In this document: one piece after another, positions 14,883 to 24,300 of the stretch
How the letters are laid out: each line of letters starts with the position of its first letter
How positions within the stretch are numbered: position 1 is the first letter of the stretch
NCBI GenBank assembly: GCA_005880875.1
Contig: VBJI01000083.1
Coordinates: 1-48,452 of the forward strand
Direction: 5' to 3'
DNA length: 48,452 bases
Source: Chloroflexota bacterium
GTDB taxonomy: Bacteria; Chloroflexota; Dormibacteria; CF-121
Made by a program: the position numbers and the translations under genes
Notes under the pieces: generated by a model
Told to the model about the DNA's origin: nothing
Databases searched by the model: none
What the model saw: the letters and a program-made list of their open reading frames with translations, nothing else

Positions 14883-16405
14883 CAGCGCCAGCGGGGGCGC
14901 GGCAACGGCCGTAACGTGGCGGCGGCCAGCAGCGCCCCGATGAAGAGGGCGATCGCCGTGGCCCGGAAGATCAAGTGATACTCATCGAAAATCGCCTGCT
15001 TCACCTTGAGCAGATAGACGGCGTACTGGCTGGCGAAGTTCGGGTTCAGGCCAGGTAGCGGAGGCAGCAAGTGCGCGGTCGCCTGGTGAAATTCCCAGAG
15101 GCTGAACCCCGCGACCAGAGAAAAGCCGACCAGCATGCCGATCAGCCGCATGACGATCAGGAAGGAGGCCCCGGCGCCGCGCTCGGCCTCGCCCACCGCA
15201 TCCAGCAAGGCGGCGCTGACCGGAGCGATTTCGATCCCAAGTCCCAATCCCGTCAGAAAGAGCTCGCCATCGGCCCGCGTGAACGGTCCGAGCAGCTGCG
15301 GCCCGAGCGACCCCTCGTTCCATCCTGAGAGCAGCAGGAAACCGATCGCTGCCAGGACGAGACCCAGGGCCGCCACGAGCCGATAGCTGCGCAGCCGTTG
15401 CGCCAAAAAACCGCCGGCCAGAGCACCGATCGGAATACCGAGCATCAGACGGAACAGCAACCACGCCGAGCCACTGGCATTCATCGAGAAGACCGCGTTC
15501 GCCAGCACGGGGATATAAACAAGTGCCACCATCAGGCCCGCGCCCGCGACGGCATTGGTCAGGGCCGACCCGGTAAATGACGTGTCGCGGAAGCGGCGTA
15601 CGTTGATCAGCGGATTCGCGGTCCGGCGCTCGTGCCAGATGAAGGCGGCGAAGCAAATCAGCGCCAACGGCGCCTGCCAGACGAAACCTTCGCCGACTGG
15701 ACTCTGCTCCGGATTGGCGGCGTAGAGCGCCAGCGTCAGGAAGACCAACCCGGCGGTGGCGAGAGCAGCCCCCAGCCAGTCGAGCCGCGCCGGTCTTCGC
15801 TCCTCGCCGCCGGCGCGGATCTCGGGCCATAGCGCCCAGAAGATCACGGCGGCGACCGGGATGTTGATCCAGAAGATCCAGGTCCAGCCGAAGGAGGAGG
15901 CGGTGATCAATCCGCCCCACAAGGGACCAAGGACGCTGCCGATCTCTTGCAGCGCGCTGATGGCGCCCAGCACCGGGCTACGATCACCCGCCGGATACAG
16001 GTCGGCGGCGAGCGCCAGCACGGCCGGCACGAGCGCCCCGCCGCCGGCGCCCTGCAGCACTCGGCCGGTGACCAGCTGGGACAGCGACGGCGCGGTCGCC
16101 GTGAGAAAGGAACCAAACGCGAACAGCGCCAGGCAGGCCGCGAAGAGACGAAGGCGCCCGATGCGATCGCTGAGTCCGCCCGCGATTGGCATCACGGCCA
16201 GGTAGCCGAGCAGGAAACCGGTGATGATTGGCGTCGCCTGCTCCAGCCGGTTGACGGCGATGTTGACCGACTTCAGCATCGGCAGCAGAGCGGTCACCAC
16301 CACGTAGGCATCGAGGGAGGCGAGGAAGAGCCCGACGCCCGTCAGCGCGAGAAGGGCGGGCCGGTTAACCGAGCGGGGGCGGAGTGACCGAAACGGGGTG
16401 ATCAT
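14882..16405 (-). CDS. 14-TM MFS exporter, P55/Rv1410c-like
   Basis: LDAYVVVT, QATPIITGFLLGYLAVMPIAGGLSDRIGR, QEIGSVLGPLWG; lies directly downstream of an LppX/LprAFG-like lipoprotein gene. Confidence 0.85.
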   Translation of the reverse strand: MITPFRSLRPRSVNRPALLALTGVGLFLASLDAYVVVTALLPMLKSVNIAVNRLEQATPIITGFLLGYLAVMPIAGGLSDRIGRLRLFAACLALFAFGSFLTATAPSLSQLVTGRVLQGAGGGALVPAVLALAADLYPAGDRSPVLGAISALQEIGSVLGPLWGGLITASSFGWTWIFWINIPVAAVIFWALWPEIRAGGEERRPARLDWLGAALATAGLVFLTLALYAANPEQSPVGEGFVWQAPLALICFAAFIWHERRTANPLINVRRFRDTSFTGSALTNAVAGAGLMVALVYIPVLANAVFSMNASGSAWLLFRLMLGIPIGALAGGFLAQRLRSYRLVAALGLVLAAIGFLLLSGWNEGSLGPQLLGPFTRADGELFLTGLGLGIEIAPVSAALLDAVGEAERGAGASFLIVMRLIGMLVGFSLVAGFSLWEFHQATAHLLPPLPGLNPNFASQYAVYLLKVKQAIFDEYHLIFRATAIALFIGALLAAATLRPLPRPRWR

Positions 16406-17060
16406 GATTCGAGAAGTCGAAGGTGATGGTGGCCGACTGCGATGCGTCGAAGAGGTTTCCGGCGAGCCGCGCCCGCCAGAGATCGTTTGTCGAGCTGTCG
16501 ATCCAGTAAGTCGCCTGGTAAGCGCCCTGCTCGCGGATCAGGGTGAGAAGTTGGTGGACACGGGCACCACTCAGCTGGCCGCTGACCCGGTAGGTGTCGT
16601 TCCCGTTGATTTTTTCTGAGTTGCCGCGGGAGACCGACGTCGTATCAGTCATGGCCGCGAACAGCCCGGAGTGCGGATCGAACAGCGTGCGAGCGTCGAA
16701 GAATTGGGCGACCTGGTCCGCGGTGAGCTGTTGCCAGCCTCCAGTGAACGACTTCAAATAGATGTTGTTTGAGGCGAAGATCACCTCGACTTCCAGCAGG
16801 ATGCCGCCCTCCTTCAAGTTCACCCGGGCCTGGAGGTCCGGTGGATGGGCATCGCCCTGGGCGCTCTGCACCGGCTCGCCGGCGCCGGTGAAGCCGCTGA
16901 TCTGCATTACGAAATGAAACCCCTTGAGGTCGAGCATGCGCTGGCTGGATTGTTTCAGCAACGTGGCGGCGTCAGGCGGGGGCGCCCCGCACGCACTCAG
17001 ACCGACGACGATGAGCACGCCGGCCGTCAGGGCTCGGTGCTGCGAGGCGCCGGCGTGCAT
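16365..17060 (-). CDS. LppX/LprAFG-family lipoprotein (LprG-like)
   Basis: Lipobox LSAC; DAATLLKQS..M..LKGFHF; C-terminal TITFDFSNHDHPVSVTPP. Confidence 0.8.
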   Translation of the reverse strand: MHAGASQHRALTAGVLIVVGLSACGAPPPDAATLLKQSSQRMLDLKGFHFVMQISGFTGAGEPVQSAQGDAHPPDLQARVNLKEGGILLEVEVIFASNNIYLKSFTGGWQQLTADQVAQFFDARTLFDPHSGLFAAMTDTTSVSRGNSEKINGNDTYRVSGQLSGARVHQLLTLIREQGAYQATYWIDSSTNDLWRARLAGNLFDASQSATITFDFSNHDHPVSVTPPPLG

Positions 17061-18952
17061 CAGGCCCTCAGGATACGGTCATCTCCGACCCGTCGCGTGA
17101 CTTTTTGCGCATCGAGCCATTCGAGCAAGGGAAGAACGTAGCGACGGCTCGATCCGAGCAGATCCCGTGCCGCCGCTACCGTCAGGGTTCGATGCTCGAT
17201 GAGGTGGCTTCGCAGGCGGCCAACCGCGTCATCGTAGGCCGAGCGGGCGAACAGGGTGTCGTCGTTGACCCGTACGACGCGTTCCTCGGCGACCAGGTAC
17301 TCGAGCAGCGCTGGGCTCAGCGGATGCCGGTGCAGCAGGTCGGACAGGGGCGGCGGATTGAAGGGCTGGCGCTCGAGCTCGACGATAAAAGCGGCCACCG
17401 CGGCCTCCTGCTCCGGGCTCAGCCCCTGGCGGTGCCCGGCCGCCGCCACCTCGCCACCACGCTCGGTCACCATTCCGGCGTCTATCAGTGCCACCAGGGC
17501 ACCACCGTAAAGCTCGGCGGGGATGCCACTGCGGCTGCGCAGCTCCTCGCGCGGCATGCCGCGACGAAGTGGGTGAGCCAGGTGGTAGGCACGCAGCGCG
17601 CTGTCGACTCGCGTCACCAGTCCCTCCCAGCGGTCACGGGTCAGCCAGGTGTTCGCCAGCCGGCGGACGGCGCCTCGCTCGGCGAGTGCCTGCATCACCT
17701 GATCGACCCTCGCGACGGGGAGAGCCAGGCGGTCCGCGAGCCCGGCGTCCGGTAAACCCCATGGATGCTTGGCGAGCTCCAGGACGGCTGCGGTCGCCGG
17801 GTCGGCATGCTCCCGCAAAGCGAGGTCTTTGAGCACGGCCAGGTCGCGACGACGGTGCCGACGCGGTGCGCGGTCGAGGATGACGCCACCCGCAACGGTC
17901 GCCGGGGGCGACGGCACCCGAAGGATGAAGCGATCGCCATCCATGGCCACCACCGGAGCGGCCGCGAACAGCTGCGCCAGAGCGTTCTGGCCGGGCTGGA
18001 TCTCCTCTGCTTCGAGCAGACTGAGCTCCACCATGACCTCCGCGGTCTCGTGGTACATCATCAGTTGCTGCCGGTGGTGCAGCGATTGTCCGGCGTCGGG
18101 CAACACGACGAGACGGGCGTCCAGCCGCCGGCTGACAGCCAGCGTCCCCGGCACGGTCAGGACATGACCCCGGTGGACCTCCGCGTGCGTAAGCCCGCTG
18201 AGGTTGACCGCGGTACGGCTGCCCGGGCGCGCCTCCTCGACGGCATGATTGTGCTGCTGCAGCCCGCGGATCCGCACCCGCCGCCCGGCGGGGAGCACCG
18301 CGACCTCGGCACCCAGGCGCAGCGCCCCTCCGACCAGCGTCCCGGTGACCACGGTGCCAAACCCGGACATGGCGAACGACCGGTCGACAGGGAGGCGCGG
18401 CCGACCGATGTCGGGCCGGAGCGTTGCACTGGCCAATTCGGCGTCGAGCGCAGCTCGAAGCTCGTCGAGCCCTTGTCCGGTGGAGCTCGACACCGAGACG
18501 ATCGGCGCCCGCTCCAAGGACGTGCCGCGGAGTAGTCCGCTGACCTCCTGCCGGACAAGCGCGAGCCAATCGTCCCCGACGAGGTCGACCTTGGTCAGCA
18601 CCGCCAGCCCGTGATCGATTTCGAGGAGGTCCAGGATGGCGAGGTGCTCGCGGGTTTGCGGCATCGGTCCCTCATCCGCGGCGATCACCAGCAGGACCGC
18701 ATCCATGCCGTGCACGCCGGCGAGCATGTTTTTGAGAAATCGCTGGTGGCCGGGAACATCAACGATGCCGACTCGTCGACCACTGGCCAGCTGCAAGTAG
18801 GCAAAGCCAAGGTCGATCGTCATCCCGCGGCGCTTCTCCTCCTCGAGCCGGTCCGGATCGATCTGGGTGAGCGCCTTCACCAGGGTCGACTTCCCGTGAT
18901 CGATGTGTCCCGCGGTGCCCACCACGAAGGAGCCACCGGCAAGGTCGGTCAC
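17060..18952 (-). CDS. selB: Selenocysteine-specific elongation factor SelB
   Basis: [33 protein letters not shown]; C-terminal winged helix ending SRRY..PLLE.LD....TRRVGD.R. Confidence 0.97.
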   Translation of the reverse strand: MTDLAGGSFVVGTAGHIDHGKSTLVKALTQIDPDRLEEEKRRGMTIDLGFAYLQLASGRRVGIVDVPGHQRFLKNMLAGVHGMDAVLLVIAADEGPMPQTREHLAILDLLEIDHGLAVLTKVDLVGDDWLALVRQEVSGLLRGTSLERAPIVSVSSSTGQGLDELRAALDAELASATLRPDIGRPRLPVDRSFAMSGFGTVVTGTLVGGALRLGAEVAVLPAGRRVRIRGLQQHNHAVEEARPGSRTAVNLSGLTHAEVHRGHVLTVPGTLAVSRRLDARLVVLPDAGQSLHHRQQLMMYHETAEVMVELSLLEAEEIQPGQNALAQLFAAAPVVAMDGDRFILRVPSPPATVAGGVILDRAPRRHRRRDLAVLKDLALREHADPATAAVLELAKHPWGLPDAGLADRLALPVARVDQVMQALAERGAVRRLANTWLTRDRWEGLVTRVDSALRAYHLAHPLRRGMPREELRSRSGIPAELYGGALVALIDAGMVTERGGEVAAAGHRQGLSPEQEAAVAAFIVELERQPFNPPPLSDLLHRHPLSPALLEYLVAEERVVRVNDDTLFARSAYDDAVGRLRSHLIEHRTLTVAAARDLLGSSRRYVLPLLEWLDAQKVTRRVGDDRILRA

Positions 18953-20307
18953 GAGAGCGCCCTGGCGATGGCGTCGAGCACGGGGTCGTCTTCACCGGAA
19001 AGCACCGTGCGGGGGTCCAGAAGAACGCGCTCCTGCTCGATCCGGCCGATCACGGGAGGATCATGCTCGCGCAGTCGCCGAAGCAGCTCCGCCGCGGTCC
19101 CGCGCCGAGGCGTGATCACGACCAGGCTGGTGGCCAGCCGCTCGCCCGGCAACGATCCACCGCCGACCGCCGACTCGCCGGGCGTAATGTCGACCGCCAG
19201 GCCAAGCTCGGACAGGCGTTTCTGCCAGGCCCGTGCCCGGCTGGCCACGGAGTCGCTCGAGGCGCCGATCATTTCCCAGACCGGCAATTCGCCAAAGGAC
19301 TGGGTGAGGTAGAGGTCGAGGGTAGCCGTGAGGGCCGCGATCGTCAGCTTGTCGACCCGCACCGCACGCGCCAGTGGGTGCTTCATCAGCCGGTCGACGA
19401 GCTCGGTCCGACCGAGCAAGAGACCAGCTTGCGGGCCGCCCAGCATCTTGTCTGCGCTGGCCGCCACCAGGTCGACGCCTGACTGCAGGCTGTCCTGAAT
19501 GCGCGGCTCCGCCGCAAGCCCAAAGCCTGTCGTCTCGATCAATGAGCCGCTTCCCAGGTCATGCAGCAGAAGGACGCCGTGCCGCCGGGCGAGGGCGGCC
19601 AGCGGTTTGAGCTCGACGCTCTCCGTGAAGCCGACGACCTGAAAGTTGCTGGCGTGCACTTTCATGATGGCCGCCGTCTTCGGGGTGATCGCGGAAGCGT
19701 AATCCTCGGCGCGGGTCCGGTTGGTGGTTCCCACCTCGACCATCCGGGCGCCTGACAGCCGCATGATCTCAGGCATGCGAAAGCCGCCACCAATCTCGAC
19801 CAGCTCACCGCGAGCGACGATGACCTCTTTGCCGCGAGCGAGCGCGGTCAACATCAGCAGCACCGCGGCAGCACAATTGTTGACCACAGCGGCCGCCTCG
19901 GCGCCGGTCAGGTAGCGGAGCGGCTCGGCCACCAGGTCATGCCGCTTGCCGCGGCGCCCGGTCTGCGGATCGAACTCGAGGGTCGAATAGCGCCCTGCGA
20001 TGCGAGCCGTCGCCTCGCCCGCCGCCGCCGCCATGGGCGCCCGCCCAAGGTTGGTATGCAGGATCACGCCGGTCGCGTTGATCACCGGCCGAAGACGCGG
20101 CAGGCGCAGTCCCTGGACGGTCGCTTCGACCCGGGCCCAGCGAGCCTGCGGCGCGTCGGTCACCGCCCGCCGGCGTTCATCCTCCAGAACGCGCTGCACG
20201 GCAAAGCGAACCAGCGGCCGCCCGTGAGCGGCGATCAATGTGGTTGCCGGCTCCTCTTCGAGGAGCTGGTGCACGCTGGGCAGCGCGCGGAGGGCATCCA
20301 TGCTCAA
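18949..20307 (-). CDS. selA: L-seryl-tRNA(Sec) selenium transferase
   Basis: VINATGVILHTNLGRAP, VNNCAAA, ELVEIGGGFR, EVGTTNRT, SADKMLGGPQAG. Confidence 0.97.
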   Translation of the reverse strand: MSMDALRALPSVHQLLEEEPATTLIAAHGRPLVRFAVQRVLEDERRRAVTDAPQARWARVEATVQGLRLPRLRPVINATGVILHTNLGRAPMAAAAGEATARIAGRYSTLEFDPQTGRRGKRHDLVAEPLRYLTGAEAAAVVNNCAAAVLLMLTALARGKEVIVARGELVEIGGGFRMPEIMRLSGARMVEVGTTNRTRAEDYASAITPKTAAIMKVHASNFQVVGFTESVELKPLAALARRHGVLLLHDLGSGSLIETTGFGLAAEPRIQDSLQSGVDLVAASADKMLGGPQAGLLLGRTELVDRLMKHPLARAVRVDKLTIAALTATLDLYLTQSFGELPVWEMIGASSDSVASRARAWQKRLSELGLAVDITPGESAVGGGSLPGERLATSLVVITPRRGTAAELLRRLREHDPPVIGRIEQERVLLDPRTVLSGEDDPVLDAIARALS

Positions 20308-20966
20308 CCTCCGATCGGGAATGGCGGCAGAGCCAGGATGAACCGCGCGACCGGGGCGTAAATGAATCGAAGAACGCTGTATCCGAGGAAGCTGCTCACG
20401 AGCAAGACGAGCACGAGCACCAGCATGATGGCCTGCCGGTTGCTGTCGATCCGGAAGAAGAATTCCGGAAATCGCCGCCGGAAGACCGACGACAGGAAGC
20501 TGTAGCCATCGAGCGGCGGGACGGGAATCAGGTTAAAGACCGCCAGGACGACATTCAGAGTGAACCCCACCTGGAGCACGCGCCAGAGCGGTGAGGAGGG
20601 GTCGAAGCTGCCCGCGAGAACCCCCAGCTTGATCGGTATAGCTAGGAGAAACGCGATCACGAGGTTGGCCACGGGGCCCGCCAGGGCCACCAGGGCAGCG
20701 TCGAGGGGGCGACGCATGCGCGCCGGATTGATCCGTACTGGTTTCGCCCAGCCAAAGCCGATCAGGAAGATCGCGATGGTGCCAAGCGGGTCGAGGTGAT
20801 GGCTGGGGTTCAGCGACAGCCGGCCATCGAGGCGCGGCGTCTGGTCGCCACGGCCGACAGCGACCGCAGCGTGGGCGAACTCGTGCCCGATGAGTCCGAC
20901 CAGCAGCGCCGGAATCAAGTAGAGGGCGTTGATGACGAATTGCGTCGGATCGCCGCCGATCAGCAC
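20304..20966 (-). CDS. Site-2 protease (M50) family zinc metalloprotease
   Basis: HEFAH, LAGPVAN, FNLIPVPPLDG. GTG 20966 is preferred over TTG 20990, which lies in a terminator U-tract. Confidence 0.92.
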   Translation of the reverse strand: MLIGGDPTQFVINALYLIPALLVGLIGHEFAHAAVAVGRGDQTPRLDGRLSLNPSHHLDPLGTIAIFLIGFGWAKPVRINPARMRRPLDAALVALAGPVANLVIAFLLAIPIKLGVLAGSFDPSSPLWRVLQVGFTLNVVLAVFNLIPVPPLDGYSFLSSVFRRRFPEFFFRIDSNRQAIMLVLVLVLLVSSFLGYSVLRFIYAPVARFILALPPFPIGG

Positions 20967-20983
20967 CAGAGTAAGTATCGGCC

Positions 20984-21016
20984 AAAACAAAAAGGGCCCG
21001 GACGCCTCCAGGCCCT
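20984..21016 (-). terminator. Intrinsic terminator downstream of the bactofilin gene
   Basis: Minus strand AGGGCCTGGA-GGCG-TCCGGGCCCT followed by a T-rich tract. Confidence 0.75.
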
Positions 21017-21038
21017 ATTGACGGATAAAACCCGACGG

Positions 21039-21455
21039 TTAAGCGGCGGCGGCAGCGATCTCGGTGCGGACGCCGACTGAAACGACCGAGGCGTTCGCCT
21101 CTTCGCCATGGACGGCGCTCTTGCCCCGAAGGATGCCGCCCTCGTCGATGATCAGCGAACCGACCACGATATCGCCGAACACCTTGCCGGTCGCCAGGAT
21201 TTCCAGGCGACCCGAGGTGCTGACGTTGCCCTGGATCGAGCCGCCGACCACGACATTGCGGCCGCTGACATTGCCCTTGACCCGACCATGCTCGCCGACC
21301 GACAGGTCGCCTTCAGTGGTCAGATCGCCATTCATTTCGCCGTCGAAGCGGATGTTCGAGGTCGACTGCAGCCGGCCCTCGAGCTTGATCTGGTTGCTCA
21401 ACACCGTCTCGGCGACGATGGGAGCGGCTTCACGCGGGGATCTCTTGTCGAACAC
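21039..21455 (-). CDS. Bactofilin (polymer-forming cytoskeletal protein)
   Basis: Beta-helix repeats IKLEGRL..NIRFDG..GDL..L.VGEHG.VKGNV..VVVGG.IQGNV..LIIDEGG; GGAGG RBS. Confidence 0.93.
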   Translation of the reverse strand: MFDKRSPREAAPIVAETVLSNQIKLEGRLQSTSNIRFDGEMNGDLTTEGDLSVGEHGRVKGNVSGRNVVVGGSIQGNVSTSGRLEILATGKVFGDIVVGSLIIDEGGILRGKSAVHGEEANASVVSVGVRTEIAAAAA

Positions 21456-21532
21456 GCATACCTCCTGGCAGGTTGTTATCGCCTTGTGCCAGAACGGTTA
21501 CGCGATCGGGTTTCTTGCTTTCCCGGAAAATG

Positions 21533-21880
21533 TCACGCCTGGAGCAGGCCGCGGAGCGCGATCGAGCCCACGATCAGCAGGACGAACATCAGGGCCGCCG
21601 TGATCGCGATCCGTCGCAGATCGGATCGGAAGTAAGGGACCCGCTCGAGGGGAATTGCCGCGTCCTGCGACGGCAGGGGACCGGCGGGCTGACGCCGGGG
21701 CAACGGCCGTTGTACCGGCAGACTGCTCGCGGCAGCCTGCGCCGGTTGCCCGAGCTGAGCGGCCTGGCCCGGCTGGGCAGGGGCGACGGGAGGCAGGCCG
21801 GCAGGCCGCGCGGCGCGGCTCGCTCCGGAGGATCCGCGCTGGGGCTTTTTGAGCTGCGAGCGTTTGTGCTTTCGGGCCAT
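21533..21880 (-). CDS. Hypothetical basic, Pro/Gln-rich protein with C-terminal TM helix (115 aa)
   Basis: MARKHKRSQLKK...PYFRSDLRRIAITAALMFVLLIVGSIAL; TAAACT upstream. Confidence 0.65.
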   Translation of the reverse strand: MARKHKRSQLKKPQRGSSGASRAARPAGLPPVAPAQPGQAAQLGQPAQAAASSLPVQRPLPRRQPAGPLPSQDAAIPLERVPYFRSDLRRIAITAALMFVLLIVGSIALRGLLQA

Positions 21881-21925
21881 CCCTATCTTTGCGGATGGCA
21901 GTTTAGCGCGAACGTGGATAAGCGC

Positions 21926-21954
21926 TTGACACATCCAATGGGCTGTGGTACAAA
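21926..21954 (+). promoter_or_regulatory. Sigma70-type promoter with no downstream protein gene
   Basis: TTGACA (21926-31), 17-bp spacer, TGgTACAAA (21946-54). Both flanking CDSs are on the minus strand. Confidence 0.6.
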
Positions 21955-21955
21955 C

Positions 21956-22071
21956 GGCCTCGGGTACAACATATAGCGTACCCGTAGCCGCGAGCCAACA
22001 AGGGCCAGATCCTGCAGCCGTCCTGCCATCGTCGCTGCAATGCCCCTCCTCATCTGGTCCTTGTTGTTTTT
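21956..22071 (+). ncRNA. Candidate sRNA (~115 nt) with an anti-SD loop
   Basis: Hairpin GGGTAC/GTACCC; 15-bp stem 21996-22010/22052-22066 followed by TTTTT; inner stem TGCAGC/GCTGCA; unpaired CCCCTCCT at 22043-22050. Confidence 0.55.
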
Positions 22072-22907
22072 CCGGCGACTTCGGACCACGGCTGCTTTGT
22101 CCATGCGGCCGACTCGTATTTGGAGCGGCGCAGGTCCCCCGCCGCGGCGAGCTCATCCGGTCTGAGCCGCCCCGCCGTCACGCTGACGCCAAACTGTCGG
22201 CCGAAGGCCGCGGCGAGCGAACCGGCGAGGCGGGCCGGGTCCAGATCATCCACCTCGGCGAGCCCGGCCACGGCGGTCTCGAGTCGCCTTCGCCCGACCT
22301 CCCCCCGAGCCTCCGGGTTGAGCCGCAGGCATCCCAGAATGGTGTCGATCTGCGGCTCGATGACGATGCTCCCGTGCTGCAGCAGGGCGCCGGCGCGGCG
22401 TACCTGGGCGCTGCCAACCAGCTTCCGGCCGCCCAAAAGGATCTCATGGGCCGAGGGACGGTCGAAACAGATCGGACCGCGATCGTCGACGGCCGGCCCC
22501 GCGGCGACCGGCGCCAGGGTCGCGGGGACGCCGAGAAACACGAGGCCGGCCTGCAACGCCAGACTCAATCGGTGGTAAGAGGGGACGATGCCAGCCTCGT
22601 GGCCCAGCACTGATGCCGGCAGCGCCACACTGTAGGTCAACTCGCGATCGTGAAGGATAGCCCGTCCTCCGGTCGGGCGGCGAACGATGTCAACGCCGCG
22701 AGCCCGGCAACCCTCGACATCCACGATCTCGAAGGATTGAAAATAGCCGAGGGATAAGCAGGCCGGCGTCCAACCATAACAGCGCAGGGTTGGCTGCGAA
22801 CGGCCCGCCGCAACCGCATCGAGCAATGCCTCATCGACTGCCATGTTCCAAGCGCCGCTCGCCGGCTCATCGACGAGTAGGCGCCAGGTCTCAGTCGTCT
22901 TCGTCAC
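22050..22907 (-). CDS. Lipoate-protein ligase / octanoyltransferase (LipM/LplA family)
   Basis: NMAVDEALL, VRRPTGGRAILHD.ELTYS, CF, GRKLVGSAQ, LQHGS. Confidence 0.92.
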   Translation of the reverse strand: MTKTTETWRLLVDEPASGAWNMAVDEALLDAVAAGRSQPTLRCYGWTPACLSLGYFQSFEIVDVEGCRARGVDIVRRPTGGRAILHDRELTYSVALPASVLGHEAGIVPSYHRLSLALQAGLVFLGVPATLAPVAAGPAVDDRGPICFDRPSAHEILLGGRKLVGSAQVRRAGALLQHGSIVIEPQIDTILGCLRLNPEARGEVGRRRLETAVAGLAEVDDLDPARLAGSLAAAFGRQFGVSVTAGRLRPDELAAAGDLRRSKYESAAWTKQPWSEVAGKTTRTR

Positions 22908-23185
22908 TCGCCGACGAAGGAACCATCCGGCGCCACGATGAAGCTTTCGGCCATTGGAGAAAGCGCACGCCAGCCACCGTCGTCGATCAACACCATGATG
23001 CGAAGGTCATGCCCCTTCCTATCGTCCCAGACGGCCTCCTTTTCGATTTGATATGTCACACCGGACCTCCCCTGGACAGTGGATACCTCGGGTGCGTCCA
23101 GCAGCTGTTCCAGCTCAGACCGACTCCTGGCGCGCAGCTCGCGTACCGTGGTCTCGAGCAGTTGCCGAGCCTCCTCCTTGTTCAT
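22904..23185 (-). CDS. Hypothetical protein (93 aa)
   Basis: Fills the gap between ychF and the ligase, with a GTGA overlap; globular-looking sequence ending FIVAPDGSFVGE. Confidence 0.7.
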   Translation of the reverse strand: MNKEEARQLLETTVRELRARSRSELEQLLDAPEVSTVQGRSGVTYQIEKEAVWDDRKGHDLRIMVLIDDGGWRALSPMAESFIVAPDGSFVGE

Positions 23186-23188
23186 GCT

Positions 23189-24286
23189 TCAGACGTTGAA
23201 GCGAAAGAGACAAACATCGCCGTCCTTGATCACATAATCGCGGCCTTCGAGCCGCACCTTTCCGCGCTCCCGGGCCGCGGCATAGGAACCGGCCGCGATC
23301 AGGTCATCGTAAGCGACGATCTCGGCTTTGATGAAGCCCCGCTCGATGTCGCTGTGGATCACGCCGGCCGCCTCGGGCGCCTTGGCCCCCTGACGAACCG
23401 TCCAGGCCCGGACCTCAGGATCGCCGGCTGTCAGGAAGGTGACGAGGTTGAGCAAACGGTATGCGGCGTGGATGAAGGTCGGGAGCGCCGCCTCTGTCAG
23501 ACCCGCGTCTTCGAGGAACACGGCAGCCTCCTCGTCCGGCAGTTCACGGATCTCCGCCTCCAGTCGTGCGGACAACGGGATGACCTCGGCATGCTCGGCG
23601 GCGGCTTCGCCGCGGAGGGCTTGCAGCTCGGGGGACTCTTTGCCAATCTGATCCTCACCGATGTTGGCGACGTACAGGACGGGCTTGGCGGTGAGAAAGG
23701 AGAAGCTCTTGAGGAGTTTGGCCTGCTCGGCGTCGAAGCTCAAGGTGCGAATTGGTTTGCCTTCATCGAGGTGAGCGGCCAGCCGGTCGAGCAGGTCGAG
23801 CTCCTCCTTCTCCTTGGCCCCTGGCTTGAGGCGGGCGGTGCCGGAAATCTTCTCCCGCCGCTTGTTGACTACGTCGAGGTCGGCCAGCGCGAGCTCGAGG
23901 TTGACCATCGCCATGTCACGACGCGGGTCTAGCTTGGCATCCACGTGCTGAACATTCGGATCGCTGAAGGCGCGCACCACCATGGCGAGGGCATCGAGCT
24001 CGCGGATGTTCGAGAGAAACTGATTTCCCATGCCCTCGCCGCGGCTGGCTCCGGCGACCAGGCCGGCCACGTCCACGAACTTCATGACCGTGGGCGTGAC
24101 CTTTTTCGGGTGATACATGTTGGCCAGCACGTCGAGTCGCTTGTCCGGGACCTCCACCATCGCGGTGTTCGGTTCGACCGTGCTGAAGGCGTACGAGGCT
24201 ACGCCCGCACCGGCGCGGGTTAGCGCATTGAACAATGTGGTCTTCCCGACATTGGGAAGACCAACGATTCCGACGCCGAGGCTAAT
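23189..24286 (-). CDS. ychF: Redox-regulated ATPase YchF (predicted ATT start)
   Basis: SLGVGIVGLPNVGKTTLFNALT, DVAGLV.GASRGEG.GNQFL, APEAAGVIHSD.ERGFIKAE, EGRDY...DGD. The ORF-track start (24235) truncates the P-loop. Confidence 0.96.
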   Translation of the reverse strand: MSLGVGIVGLPNVGKTTLFNALTRAGAGVASYAFSTVEPNTAMVEVPDKRLDVLANMYHPKKVTPTVMKFVDVAGLVAGASRGEGMGNQFLSNIRELDALAMVVRAFSDPNVQHVDAKLDPRRDMAMVNLELALADLDVVNKRREKISGTARLKPGAKEKEELDLLDRLAAHLDEGKPIRTLSFDAEQAKLLKSFSFLTAKPVLYVANIGEDQIGKESPELQALRGEAAAEHAEVIPLSARLEAEIRELPDEEAAVFLEDAGLTEAALPTFIHAAYRLLNLVTFLTAGDPEVRAWTVRQGAKAPEAAGVIHSDIERGFIKAEIVAYDDLIAAGSYAAARERGKVRLEGRDYVIKDGDVCLFRFNV

Positions 24287-24300
24287 CGGCCAATGCTACA

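Noticed and set aside
17060-20307. Selenoprotein genes, selC or selD near selAB
   Set aside because: No tRNA-Sec, selD or in-frame TGA with continued homology was seen; nearby TGA stops overlap the next gene's start. A dedicated SECIS/tRNA scan was not possible.
21470-21505. Sigma28-like promoter (TAAC...GGCGATAA) before the bactofilin gene
   Set aside because: The 13-nt spacer is too short and both boxes are imperfect.
21883-22156. Minus-strand ORFs across the sRNA region (21883-22104; extension of the 21533 ORF to 22156)
   Set aside because: Atypical composition, overlap with the ligase gene, and a better start at 21880; the promoter and stem signals favour a plus-strand RNA.
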